This document shows positions 41,360 to 50,317 of a stretch of 64,000 nucleotides of DNA, one piece after another; position 1 is the stretch's first letter; every line of letters begins with the position of its first letter. The notes under the pieces are model-generated. The model worked only from the letters and a program-made list of their open reading frames with translations, had not been told where the DNA came from and made no database searches. The translations under genes were made by a program, and so were the position numbers. The stretch is from Clostridia bacterium (lineage in GTDB: Bacteria > Bacillota > Clostridia > Oscillospirales > CAG-272). The stretch covers positions 3,416 through 67,415 of the forward strand of contig JAFUOH010000013.1 of the NCBI GenBank assembly GCA_017482055.1. Direction: 5' to 3'.

Positions 41360-42133
41360 TTACTTCTTCGCCCGTGCGGTGAAATACCAACGCTCGGTGT
41401 CCTCGTTGACCTCACTGCCGTCAAAACCCGCACTCAATGAGCATAATTCAAAGCCGCACTCTGAGAGCAGCTTCTTCACAGTACGCAGACTGTAGCATCT
41501 CTCTCGCTGAATCTCGTCATAGCGCTGCCATGTGCCGTTTTCATTCTCCGTGAAGATGGAAAGATAGAAATCGCACAGCTTTGTCTTAGCATTATAATCA
41601 TTCTGCCATGCGCAAAGCACACCATCATCCTCGAGGATATATGAATTCTGACCGTACACTCTGCAAAACTTCGCAGGAGCGTTCATGTCGAAAACAAACA
41701 GCCCGTCAGGCTCAAGATAGTTGTGCACATGCAGAAGCGTACGCCGCAGATCGTCGATCTTCGTGAGATAATTAAGGCTGTCAAGGCAGCACACAATGGC
41801 ATCTACGGTGCCATACAGCTCAAACTCCGACATATCCTGTCTGATAAGCAGCACCGAATGCGAAAAACGCTCGCGGTCGCACCTGTCGCGCGCGACGGCG
41901 AGCATATCCTCGGACAAGTCGATACCCGTCATATCGTAGCCGCGGCGGGCGAGGATGACTGTCATCGCGCCCGTACCGCAGGCAAGGTCAAGTACCGATT
42001 CTGGCTGTTTTTTTGCATATGACCTGAACTGAGCCTCTATATGATCTGCCCATCCCTCATAGTCGATCTCGGAATTAAGGCGGTCATATACGGGCGCCAG
42101 TGAGGTATACGCATCTGACCCATGTGACGCCAT
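41360..42133 (-). CDS. Class I SAM-dependent methyltransferase
   Basis: Motif I VLDLACGTGAMTVILARRGYDMTGIDLSEDML. Confidence 0.75.
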   Translation of the reverse strand: MASHGSDAYTSLAPVYDRLNSEIDYEGWADHIEAQFRSYAKKQPESVLDLACGTGAMTVILARRGYDMTGIDLSEDMLAVARDRCDRERFSHSVLLIRQDMSEFELYGTVDAIVCCLDSLNYLTKIDDLRRTLLHVHNYLEPDGLFVFDMNAPAKFCRVYGQNSYILEDDGVLCAWQNDYNAKTKLCDFYLSIFTENENGTWQRYDEIQRERCYSLRTVKKLLSECGFELCSLSAGFDGSEVNEDTERWYFTARAKK

Positions 42134-42423
42134 TATTTCATGCGTTCCATGCGCTCAAGCACGGTAATATAGCCGTCACTGCCATACTTTAAGCAACGAT
42201 TAACGCGGCTGATGGTGGCGGTAGAGAGACCCGTACGCTCGGCGATCTCGGTATAGATATAATTATCCTTTAACATCTTTGCCGCAAGCAGACGCTTGGA
42301 CATTTCCTGAAGCTCCGCTACCGTGCAAAGATCCTCAAAGAAGCTGTAGCATTCCGCTACGTTCTCAAGTGTAAGTATTCCCTTAAATAAGAAGTCGATT
42401 TTTTCGTCATGCAGCTTGTTCAT
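42133..42423 (-). CDS. yerC: YerC/YecD-family TrpR-like protein
   Basis: LFKGILTLENVAECYSFFEDLCTVAELQEMSKRLLAAKML...YTEIAERTGLSTATISRVNRCLKYGSDGY. The start is taken at 42423, with AAAGGAA 8 nt upstream. Confidence 0.75.
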   Translation of the reverse strand: MNKLHDEKIDFLFKGILTLENVAECYSFFEDLCTVAELQEMSKRLLAAKMLKDNYIYTEIAERTGLSTATISRVNRCLKYGSDGYITVLERMERMK

Positions 42424-42587
42424 AATAATGATTCCTTTCATCTTGAAGTATTTTCAGAGAAAAAGCAGATTTGTTATTAAGGTTGTGACCTTTAAACTTC
42501 TACTATACTAATATTTTAATATATTTTGCTGTAAAAGTAATGAACAAACTGTTAACTCATCGTCAACATTTATAAAACAGTGAAAAA

Positions 42588-43607
42588 TTACAGTAACAAA
42601 GCAAGAAGGCTCGCTGCATCCGCCCCTGAGATATATTCACCAACCTCTGTACCGTCAAGTTGTTTTGTGATGCCCTCGCGTGTATACTGCACGCCGCGAA
42701 GTATTCCTGCCAGCTCCGATACATCGCGAACACCGAAGAAATCTCCGCCAAATGCAATATTGTCAATGACACCGTCTCTCACGGTGAGTGCCACTTCGAG
42801 AGAGCCGAATGCAAAGCGCTTGCGGCTGGTCTTGTCAAAGCTGCCGAAGCGGCGAAGGTTCCATTCGTCCGTGGAATATTTGGCTTTCGCCAGCGCTTCT
42901 ATTCCACCGCTCACACTCTGTGTGAAGCTCTCCGCGCTCACGGAAAAGTCGTACTCAAGCCGCTTTGCAAGGCGATTCATAAACAGCTCGGCGCTCTCAA
43001 GCTCCGCCGAAGGCGGCAGCAGATCGCGAATATTTGCAACACGGCTTCGCACGCTGGCAATGCCCTTGGTTTTGAGCTTTTCGGGATCTACGGTAAGAGC
43101 CCCCTGCATACGTGAGAGTTCAGCCGAAAAAAGCAGTGTGCCGTGATGCATGGTGGTACCGTCAATCACGCACTGCGCATTGCCCGAGATCTTGCGCTCA
43201 CCGTCTGCTGTAGGTACAACAATGTCATTCCGCCCCGAAAGCTCGGCTTTAATTCCCATATCACCGAGCGCGGCAATAATCGGACGGGTAAAATGAGCAA
43301 AATCCAATCCGCCCGCGCGCATTCCCTCCGCAAGCTGTCCGCCTGCGGGAGAAATAAACGTAAAATTGACATTTCCGGGATCATGGAACACCGCTCCGCC
43401 TCCCGTCAAACGACGTACGACTTTGATACCGTTCACGCGACAAAATTCCAAGTCGATCTCAGCAAAAGCGTTCTGATTTTTTCCGATGATGACAGACCTG
43501 TCATTGCGCCAAAGCATGATTATATCCTCGCGGGTGTGGGTAATAAGATACTCCTCGGCTGCAAGGTTAAAATATGGGTCGAGATTTGGGTTTAGGTAAA
43601 GTTTCAT
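42588..43607 (-). CDS. lplA: Lipoate-protein ligase (LplA/LplJ family)
   Basis: MKLYLNPNLDPYFNLAAEEYL...WRNDRSVIIGKNQNAFAEID.....NGIKVVRRLTGGGAVFHDPGN.NFTF...ISGNAQ. The start is the ATG at 43607, with AGGAG 6 nt upstream. Confidence 0.85.
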   Translation of the reverse strand: MKLYLNPNLDPYFNLAAEEYLITHTREDIIMLWRNDRSVIIGKNQNAFAEIDLEFCRVNGIKVVRRLTGGGAVFHDPGNVNFTFISPAGGQLAEGMRAGGLDFAHFTRPIIAALGDMGIKAELSGRNDIVVPTADGERKISGNAQCVIDGTTMHHGTLLFSAELSRMQGALTVDPEKLKTKGIASVRSRVANIRDLLPPSAELESAELFMNRLAKRLEYDFSVSAESFTQSVSGGIEALAKAKYSTDEWNLRRFGSFDKTSRKRFAFGSLEVALTVRDGVIDNIAFGGDFFGVRDVSELAGILRGVQYTREGITKQLDGTEVGEYISGADAASLLALLL

Positions 43608-43651
43608 AATAGGCTCCTGCATCAAATACGCCGCTCAGTATTATTTTTGCG

Positions 43652-43901
43652 AATTATCGTTTAGCGTCGTGGGGCGGCTGCCCCACACCCCGCGTTTCGT
43701 GCCGTCCTTCGGGCGGCGCGGGCAGAGGGGGAACCATCTGCTCTCAAACGCCGATCCGAAGGGTTCCCCAGCAGGTCGGCAAAGCCGACCTGCTTCGGAG
43801 TTCGCCTTTGGCGAACTCTATGCAGTTGCTTTGCAACTGCTGCACTCCCCCTCCTCGGCTCGGCTACCGGCACCTCTACAATGTGACGATAAACGATAAT
43901 T
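43652..43901. repeat. 250-bp GC-rich hairpin-cluster element bounded by 17-bp inverted repeats (MITE-like or structured RNA)
   Basis: The termini are AATTATCGTTTAGCGTC (43652-43668) and GACGATAAACGATAATT (43885-43901), complementary at 16 of 17 positions. Internal perfect hairpins are GTGGGGC-GGCT-GCCCCAC, CAGGTCGGC-AAA-GCCGACCTG, GAGTTCGCC-TTT-GGCGAACTC and GCAGTTGC-TTT-GCAACTGC. GGGGAACC...GGTTCCCC also pairs. Confidence 0.7.
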
Positions 43902-43917
43902 TATCTTATAAAACCCT

Positions 43918-43947
43918 CAGGGCTGTCAAAAGACAGCCCTGTTTTTT
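43918..43947. terminator. Hairpin terminator just downstream of the E1 gene (bidirectional shape)
   Basis: CAGGGCTGTC-AAAA-GACAGCCCTG, flanked by an A-run on one side and TTTTTT on the other. On the minus strand it follows the E1 stop by 8 nt. Confidence 0.55.
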
Positions 43948-43954
43948 GTAGGAA

Positions 43955-46441
43955 TTAAAGACCCTTCTTGCTTCTTTCCATGCGCTCAACGTCGCTGCAG
44001 TTGGTCTTGGTAACATAACCCGGAATGGGCATGAGCTTTTCATGGATGATATCAATGATACCGTCAGCCTGCGGGAAGAATTCAGCATCAAGCTCATAGC
44101 AAGGAGTGATCCAGTTACGGGAGCCCAGTGCTACAGGAGGAGCATCAAGATAATCGAATGCAAATTCGGTGATGTTCGCAGCCATATCCTTCATTACGGA
44201 GTTGCGCTCGCAAGCGTCGCCGACGATAACGATCTTACCGGTCTTCTTAACAGACTCGATAACCTTGGTGTAGTCGAAGGGAACGATAGTGCGTGCGTCG
44301 ATGATCTCTGCGGAAATGCCGTACTTCTCCTCAAGAGTCTTAGCGGCATCCATTGCGCGGTAAAGGGTAGCACCGATGGTGAGAATGGTAACGTCCTTAC
44401 CCTCGCGCTTGATGTCGGGATCGCCGAGAGTGATCTCGTAGCGACCTTCCGGAACGCCGTCCTTCATGAACTGCTCGCCGATACCGTAAATTCTCTGAGA
44501 CTCGAAGCATACAACAGGGTCGGTGCCCTCGAGAGCCGCAGTCATGAGACCCTTTGCGTCTGCGGGTGTGTTCGGGAAGATCACCTTCAGACCGGGGATG
44601 TGAGCGGTGAGCGCGGTCCAGTCCTGAGAGTGCTGTGCGCCATACTTGGAGCCGACGGAAACACGAAGAACGATAGGCATTTTGAGAATGCCCGCGGACA
44701 TCGCCTGCCACTTAGCCATCTGGTTGAAGATCTCGTCACCTGCACAGCCGATGAAGTCAGCGTACATGAGCTCAACGATAGCGCGGCCGCCGCACATTGC
44801 GTAACCTACTGCGGAGCCAACGATAGCGGACTCGGAGATAGGAGAGTTGAAGAATCTGTGATAAGGAATAGCTTCGGTCATCTTCTTGTATACACCGAAC
44901 GCGCCGCCCCAGTCACGGTTGTCTTCACCGTATGCGATAAGGGTGGGATCCTCGTAGAACTTGTCGATGATCGGCTCAAAGAGACCGTCGGTGAGGTTGT
45001 ACATCTTCATCTTGGAAACGGGCTTGCCGTCCTTGTCGGTAGCGGTGCGAACCTTGCCTGCGATCTCCTTAACTCTGGGGCACTCTTCCTTGGGCATGAG
45101 TACATCAGCCTCACGGGTGGGATCCATGCTTGCAACCTTCTGATTGGAGAACATGATGGAAGCGATAGCATCGGGATCCTTCTTGAGATCCATACGGGGC
45201 GAGATTTCGTCGTTGATAGCCAGCTTCATGACCTCGGTCATGCGGTTTGTGATCTGCTCGTGCATTACGGCAAACTCTTCCTCGGTTGCGATCTTGCCCT
45301 TGATAAGCTTGTTCTTAAACGCAACGATCGGATCTGCTTCCTTCCAAGCCTCGATCTCTTCCTGAGTTCTGTAGGTGGAGGAGTCGGACGGGGAGTGACC
45401 GGATACACGGTAGGTAACAACGTCGAGAAGTGCGGGGCCCTTGCCCTCGAGGAGGAGCTGCTTCTTGCGGGTTACAGCGTCGATAACTGCGAGGGGATCG
45501 TAGCCGTTTACGCGCTCAGCGTGCATCTGGGTAGGATTGAAGCCGGCGCCGAGTCTTGCGACCATATCGAAGCCCATGGTCTCGCCGCGGGTCTGACCGC
45601 CCATGCCGTAGTGGTTGTTGAATACATTGAAGAGGATCGGCATACCATCGGAGCTGTATTTGCCTTCCATACCCCAGAGCTTTGTGATCTGATCCATGGA
45701 AGCAAAGTTGAGAGCTTCGAGAACGGGACCGCGTCCGGTTGCACCGTCACCGCAGTTGGAGATGACGATACCGGGCTTGTGGTTGGATCTCTTATAAAGC
45801 GCCGCACCGAGAGCGATAGGAGCGGATGCACCTACGATCGCGTTGTTGGGCATAAGACCGAAAGGAATGAAGAATGCGTGCATGGAGCCGCCGAGACCGC
45901 GGTTGAAGCCGGTCTGACGAGCGAAGATCTCAGCAAGTGCGCCGTAGAGCAGGAAGTTGATAGCAAGCTCCTTAATGTTGCCGCCTGCGTTCATGTGCTT
46001 TTCAACTACGTTAAGAACTGCACCGTCAAGAAATTCCTTCATAATATCATAGAGCTCGGTGTCGTCAAGCTTCTGGATGGAGGAAAGACCCTTTGCCAAA
46101 ATTTCGCCGTGGCTTCTGTGAGAGCCGAAGGAGAAGTCGTTGATATCGAGGCAGTAAGCTTCGCCGACTGCGGATGCTTCCTGACCGATAGAAAGGTGAG
46201 CAGGGCCGGGGTTGTTGTACTGAACGCCGTTGTACTCACTCTTAACCTTAACTTCGTTAAGCATGGTCTCAAACTCGCGGATGATAGCCATATCGCGGTA
46301 GATTCTCATGAAATCTTCCTTGGTATAAAGCTTTTTCTCCTCAGAGAGAGTTTTCTTGTACTGGCAGACCGGAATATCCTCAAAATGGATATAACCCGGC
46401 TCAAATGCTTTCGCGGGATCTACATATTGACTCTTAGGCAT
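43955..46441 (-). CDS. 2-oxoacid dehydrogenase E1 component, fused alpha-beta subunits (TPP-dependent)
   Basis: 828 aa. The N-terminal half is E1-alpha-like (..HLSIGQEA...GSHRSHGE..., TPP motif GDGATGRGPVLEALNFA). The C-terminal half is E1-beta/transketolase-like (..AYGEDNRDWGGAFGV...SESAIVG.AVG.A..G...). Confidence 0.85.
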   Translation of the reverse strand: MPKSQYVDPAKAFEPGYIHFEDIPVCQYKKTLSEEKKLYTKEDFMRIYRDMAIIREFETMLNEVKVKSEYNGVQYNNPGPAHLSIGQEASAVGEAYCLDINDFSFGSHRSHGEILAKGLSSIQKLDDTELYDIMKEFLDGAVLNVVEKHMNAGGNIKELAINFLLYGALAEIFARQTGFNRGLGGSMHAFFIPFGLMPNNAIVGASAPIALGAALYKRSNHKPGIVISNCGDGATGRGPVLEALNFASMDQITKLWGMEGKYSSDGMPILFNVFNNHYGMGGQTRGETMGFDMVARLGAGFNPTQMHAERVNGYDPLAVIDAVTRKKQLLLEGKGPALLDVVTYRVSGHSPSDSSTYRTQEEIEAWKEADPIVAFKNKLIKGKIATEEEFAVMHEQITNRMTEVMKLAINDEISPRMDLKKDPDAIASIMFSNQKVASMDPTREADVLMPKEECPRVKEIAGKVRTATDKDGKPVSKMKMYNLTDGLFEPIIDKFYEDPTLIAYGEDNRDWGGAFGVYKKMTEAIPYHRFFNSPISESAIVGSAVGYAMCGGRAIVELMYADFIGCAGDEIFNQMAKWQAMSAGILKMPIVLRVSVGSKYGAQHSQDWTALTAHIPGLKVIFPNTPADAKGLMTAALEGTDPVVCFESQRIYGIGEQFMKDGVPEGRYEITLGDPDIKREGKDVTILTIGATLYRAMDAAKTLEEKYGISAEIIDARTIVPFDYTKVIESVKKTGKIVIVGDACERNSVMKDMAANITEFAFDYLDAPPVALGSRNWITPCYELDAEFFPQADGIIDIIHEKLMPIPGYVTKTNCSDVERMERSKKGL

Positions 46442-46481
46442 GATTTTTATCTCCTTTTTTAGTTTTTGTAAATTATCTATC

Positions 46482-46567
46482 GTAGGGGCGATTCACATAG
46501 CAGACGAAGTCTGCTTCGCCCGTCCAAAACATCGGTGATCTGCGGGCGATTCGTGAATCGCCCCTAC
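46482..46567. repeat. REP-like palindromic intergenic element
   Basis: The arms are GTAGGGGCGATTCAC (46482-46496) and GTGAATCGCCCCTAC (46553-46567), with an inner hairpin AGCAGAC-GAA-GTCTGCT. Its left flank, AATTATCTATCGTAGGGGCG, resembles the left end of the 43652 element (AATTATCGTTTAGCGTCGTGGGGCG). Confidence 0.65.
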
Positions 46568-46593
46568 AGGATCCCGTTTATTTTTTGTAATGA

Positions 46594-47955
46594 TCAAATA
46601 CCGAACATACCCTCGCGGATAACCTCGCAGACGGTAGGATGCGGGAATACGAAGTTTCTTACATCTTCGACTCTCATCTGCTTTTCCACCATCATAGCGG
46701 CACCGTAGATGATCTCGGATGCATAGGTACCGATCATGTGTACACCGAGCACACGTCTGTGTGCCTTGTCGATGATAATCTTAACGATACCATCGCCACC
46801 CTCGTTTTCGGCAACATATCTGCCGCTGTAGCGGAGAGTGAAGGATTCGACCTTGGCATCGAGTCCCTTTGCCTTAACGGTGTCGGAGGTCTCGCCTACG
46901 GATGCGACCTCGGGGTTGGTGTAGATAACAGCAGGAATCGCGTCATAATTGACAGCATCCTTCTTGCCGATCATATCGTTTACAGCCGCTTCGCCTTCAC
47001 GGTATGCGGTGTGAGCCAGCATGGACTTGCCGTTTACGTCGCCTGCCGCCCAAACGCCGCCGATGTTGGTGCGTCCGCACTCGTTTGTAACGATCGCGCC
47101 ACGCTCGGTGAGTACATTAATGTTTTCAAGACCGATGCCTGCAGTGTTCGCACGGCGTCCTACCGCGCAAAGCACACAGTCAGCGGAAACTTCAACGGTC
47201 TTGCCCTCATACTCGCAGGTAACGGAATTTGTACCGACGCCGGTAACCTTTGCGCCGAGCATGAAGTTTACGCCCTTCTTCCTGTAGTTCTTGAGAAGGA
47301 TAGCCGCAATCTCACTGTCGGTGGGACCACCGATGTGGTCCATCATCTCGATTACGGTGACCTTTGAACCGATGGAGTTGAAGTAGGAAGCCATCTCCAT
47401 ACCGATGACGCCGCCGCCGATGACTGCCAGCTCCTTCGGAACGGTGGTCATGTCGAGGATCTCACGGTTGGTCTTAACAAAACCGGAGGTTACACCCTCG
47501 CGAAGTCCGGGGATCGGAGGAACAGCCGCCGAGGAACCCGTGCAGATGAGAAGTCTGCGCCCCTCATAGGTCTCGTCGCCCGCCTTGACGGTGAACACAT
47601 CTCCGTTTCTGCCTTGAATTTCCGCGTGAGCGTTCACAACAGTGATGCCGCCGTGCTTCATCTTCATGCCGATACCGCCCACAAGCTGCTTTACGACCTT
47701 ATCCTTGCGTGCTACAACTGCCGCATGGTCGATAGAAGCATTCGGGAGCTTTACGCCGTAATCTTCACTGTGCTTCGCATAGTCGAAGATCTTAGCGGAG
47801 TAGAGCAGGGTCTTGGTGGGGATGCAGCCTTCGTTTAGGCAGACACCGCCGAGAGCACGCTCTTCGATAACAAGGGTGGAAAGTCCGCCCGCCGCGGCAC
47901 GTTCAGCCGCATTATAGCCGGCGGGGCCGCCGCCGAGGATTATAAGCTCGTACAT
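46594..47955 (-). CDS. lpdA: Dihydrolipoyl dehydrogenase (E3)
   Basis: FAD motif ILGGGPAGYNAAERAA, redox-active disulfide GGVCLNEGCIPTK, NAD motif AVIGGGVIGMEMA. Confidence 0.92.
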   Translation of the reverse strand: MYELIILGGGPAGYNAAERAAAGGLSTLVIEERALGGVCLNEGCIPTKTLLYSAKIFDYAKHSEDYGVKLPNASIDHAAVVARKDKVVKQLVGGIGMKMKHGGITVVNAHAEIQGRNGDVFTVKAGDETYEGRRLLICTGSSAAVPPIPGLREGVTSGFVKTNREILDMTTVPKELAVIGGGVIGMEMASYFNSIGSKVTVIEMMDHIGGPTDSEIAAILLKNYRKKGVNFMLGAKVTGVGTNSVTCEYEGKTVEVSADCVLCAVGRRANTAGIGLENINVLTERGAIVTNECGRTNIGGVWAAGDVNGKSMLAHTAYREGEAAVNDMIGKKDAVNYDAIPAVIYTNPEVASVGETSDTVKAKGLDAKVESFTLRYSGRYVAENEGGDGIVKIIIDKAHRRVLGVHMIGTYASEIIYGAAMMVEKQMRVEDVRNFVFPHPTVCEVIREGMFGI

Positions 47956-47970
47956 TTATGTATCCTCCTC

Positions 47971-49287
47971 TTATTTAGCGAGTAAGAGCGAGAAATGCTC
48001 CAGGTTAGCGCAGAGCTCCTTTAAGAAGCGAGCCGCGGGAGCACCATCCAGTGCGCGGTGATCGAAGGTAAGCGACAGTCCCATTGCGGGATATACATCG
48101 CCATCCTCGTTTACGCGCTGGGTGATAGCGCAGACGCCGAGAATTGCCACCTGCGGAGGATTAATAACGGGAGTGAAGCTCTCAACGCCGAGGGAGCCCA
48201 GATTGGTAACGGTGAATGTACCGCCCGAGAGCTTGTCGGGAGAAATGGAACCGCCCTGAGTCTCCTTGATAAGGGACTTCGCATTTGCGGACAGCCCGGA
48301 GAGAGACATAGTGTCAGCCGCCATAAGGGTGGGAACCATAAGTCCGCGCTCGGTGTCAACGGCGATTCCGAGGTTAACGTTGTCGAAGATACGTACAACG
48401 TCGTCGAGCCAGTGTGCGTTGAGATCCTTGTGATTCTTGAGAGTCTTTGCAGCGGCATAAAGCACGATGTCGTTAAGGGTGATATTACCCATACCGAGAG
48501 CCTCGCCGTTTGCCTTGAGATTCTTTCTGAATGCCATAACCTCGGTTGCATCAAAGGATGCGTTGAGGGTGAGCTGTGCCATATTGGACAGCGACGCATG
48601 CATGGACTTCGCGATAACCTTTCTGATGTTGGTGATCTTGACGTCGGTGTAGCCGCCGGTGGTGGGAGCTGCGGGTGCTGCTGCAGGTGCTGCTTCCACT
48701 GCGGGAGCCTCTTCAATAACCGCGCGCTCGCCTGCGAGATAACGTTCAACAGCTTCGATGGTAGTGGTCTTACCTGCATCAAGAAGCGCGTTTACATCAC
48801 GCTCGATGATTCTGCCCATAGGGCCGGTAGCGACGACCTTGGAGAGGTCTGCGCCTGCAGTGAGAGCCAGCTTCTTAGCTCTGGGAGAGATGCGGAGAAT
48901 GTCATCCGATGCTGTTGCTTCAGCGGGCGCTGCTTCCACTGCGGGAGCCGCTTCGGCAGCGGGAGCGGGTGCAGCTTCTGCGGCTGCGGCAGGAGCTGCG
49001 GGAGCTTCTGCTTCCTCCTTCTTCGGGATGAGTGCGGAGATATCCTCGCCTGCGTCACCGATGATGCATACTACCTCAAGGCAGGGTACATCGTCGCCCT
49101 CTGCGGCGAACACCTCAAGAAGGGTACCTGCGACCTCGGACTTTTCGTCAAAGCTCGACTTGTCAGTCTCATAGGAGAAGAGCACGTCGCCGACTGCTAC
49201 CGTGTCGCCTTTTTTCTTGGCCCACTCGGTGATGATGCAGCTTTCAACGCTCTGTCCCTGACGAGGCATAATAACTGCGGTTGCCAT
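47971..49287 (-). CDS. Dihydrolipoamide acyltransferase (E2) with one lipoyl domain
   Basis: Lipoyl attachment motif SYETDKSSFD, Ala/Pro linkers, a peripheral subunit-binding domain and the catalytic LTFDHRALDGAPAARFL. Confidence 0.9.
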   Translation of the reverse strand: MATAVIMPRQGQSVESCIITEWAKKKGDTVAVGDVLFSYETDKSSFDEKSEVAGTLLEVFAAEGDDVPCLEVVCIIGDAGEDISALIPKKEEAEAPAAPAAAAEAAPAPAAEAAPAVEAAPAEATASDDILRISPRAKKLALTAGADLSKVVATGPMGRIIERDVNALLDAGKTTTIEAVERYLAGERAVIEEAPAVEAAPAAAPAAPTTGGYTDVKITNIRKVIAKSMHASLSNMAQLTLNASFDATEVMAFRKNLKANGEALGMGNITLNDIVLYAAAKTLKNHKDLNAHWLDDVVRIFDNVNLGIAVDTERGLMVPTLMAADTMSLSGLSANAKSLIKETQGGSISPDKLSGGTFTVTNLGSLGVESFTPVINPPQVAILGVCAITQRVNEDGDVYPAMGLSLTFDHRALDGAPAARFLKELCANLEHFSLLLAK

Positions 49288-49329
49288 GTGTAAATCTTCC
49301 TTTCAACTGAATTTTTATGTGAATATTGT

Positions 49330-50097
49330 TTATTCCGTAACTATAATTTCCACACCTGCCGCTGCGGCAGCACGTGTGATTTCATCGGGCAGAGGTTTGT
49401 CCGCCACGATGGTATGTACCTTTTCAAGCGAGCAGAATGTGAAGGGCAATGAGCGATCGAGCTTGGACGTATCCATAAGCACGACCACGCGGCGCGCCTT
49501 TTCCACAACCATGCGCTTGAGCTCGCATTCGGGGTAGTTTCCGCTGGTAAAGCCATCTTTCAAGGACAGTCCCGACGGAACTATGAAAGCAATGTCGATG
49601 TTGATGTCGTCAAGAAATCTGAGAGCCTGGTTACCCGAGATGGAAATGTTGTCACGGTTCACCATGCCGCCCACCAGGTTTACGATGGGCTGATTCTTTT
49701 TTATCAGCTCCAGCGCAATATTGGGTCCTGTGGTAATGATGGTGTGCCGCTCGTCGGGGAGCAGAGACGCCAGAGTCAGCACCGTGGTACCCGAATCGAG
49801 GAACAGTGAACGTCCCGTTTCGATAAGCTCGATGGCACGTCGCGCGATCTTTTCCTTGGCGCTCATATTCTCGCCAAGCCTCTGATGGAAGGAATCCTCC
49901 ATTGAAGTGGTGATAAATTTCATGGAGCGTGCGCCTCCGCGCACCTTTATCGCCTCACCCTGCTTTTCAAAATACTCGATGTCGCGGCGAAGGGTCATAC
50001 TCGACACTTCCGGGAATATTACTTCAAGCTCTTTTAAGGAGATGAACGGTTTTTCGTGGAGCAGATCCTTTATGACCGCTCTGCGTGAGGTATTCAT
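49330..50097 (-). CDS. DeoR/GlpR-family transcriptional regulator
   Basis: HTH region RRAVIKDLLHEKPFISLKELEVIFPEVSSMTLRRDIEYFEKQG, followed by a sugar-binding domain. The start is at 50097, with AAGGAGG 9 nt upstream. Confidence 0.85.
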   Translation of the reverse strand: MNTSRRAVIKDLLHEKPFISLKELEVIFPEVSSMTLRRDIEYFEKQGEAIKVRGGARSMKFITTSMEDSFHQRLGENMSAKEKIARRAIELIETGRSLFLDSGTTVLTLASLLPDERHTIITTGPNIALELIKKNQPIVNLVGGMVNRDNISISGNQALRFLDDINIDIAFIVPSGLSLKDGFTSGNYPECELKRMVVEKARRVVVLMDTSKLDRSLPFTFCSLEKVHTIVADKPLPDEITRAAAAAGVEIIVTE

Positions 50098-50280
50098 GCC
50101 GATTTGCCTCCTTTCGGTGTATGGTAGCGGTTTATGCAACTACAATGTTAACTTTCGACGCAAATTCACACACTGCGAGTTCAAATTAACATTTCGCATA
50201 CATATTGTAACACAAAGATGCGCGTTTGTCAATGCGTTTTTCGACCAATTCAGAGGGCTTTTTTTGACCAAAACAGCGAA

Positions 50281-50306
50281 CATGCCCAAAACAAGTTTTG
50301 GGCATG
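50281..50306 (-). terminator. Hairpin downstream of folD
   Basis: CATGCCCAAA-6nt-TTTGGGCATG, 12 nt after the folD stop. The U-tract is moderate. Confidence 0.5.
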
Positions 50307-50317
50307 TTAATACAGGG

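Noticed and set aside
43661-43899. 70-aa and 76-aa ORFs in the GC-rich hairpin cluster
   Set aside because: The composition (Arg/Ala/Pro/Gly) is a by-product of the palindromic GC-rich repeats. They have no SD and lie on opposite strands of the same hairpins.
44042-46462. 806-aa plus-strand ORF spanning the whole E1 gene region
   Set aside because: It is exactly antisense to a strongly recognisable E1 alpha-beta gene. Its translation is low-complexity (Val/Gly/Asp/His-rich) with no family resemblance. It is a typical shadow ORF of a GC-rich gene.
48058-49293. 411-aa plus-strand ORF and several 60-220-aa ORFs overlapping the E2 gene
   Set aside because: They are antisense or alternative-frame shadows of the E2 gene. 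The Cys/Gly/Ser-rich nonsense translation comes from the Ala/Pro linker codons.
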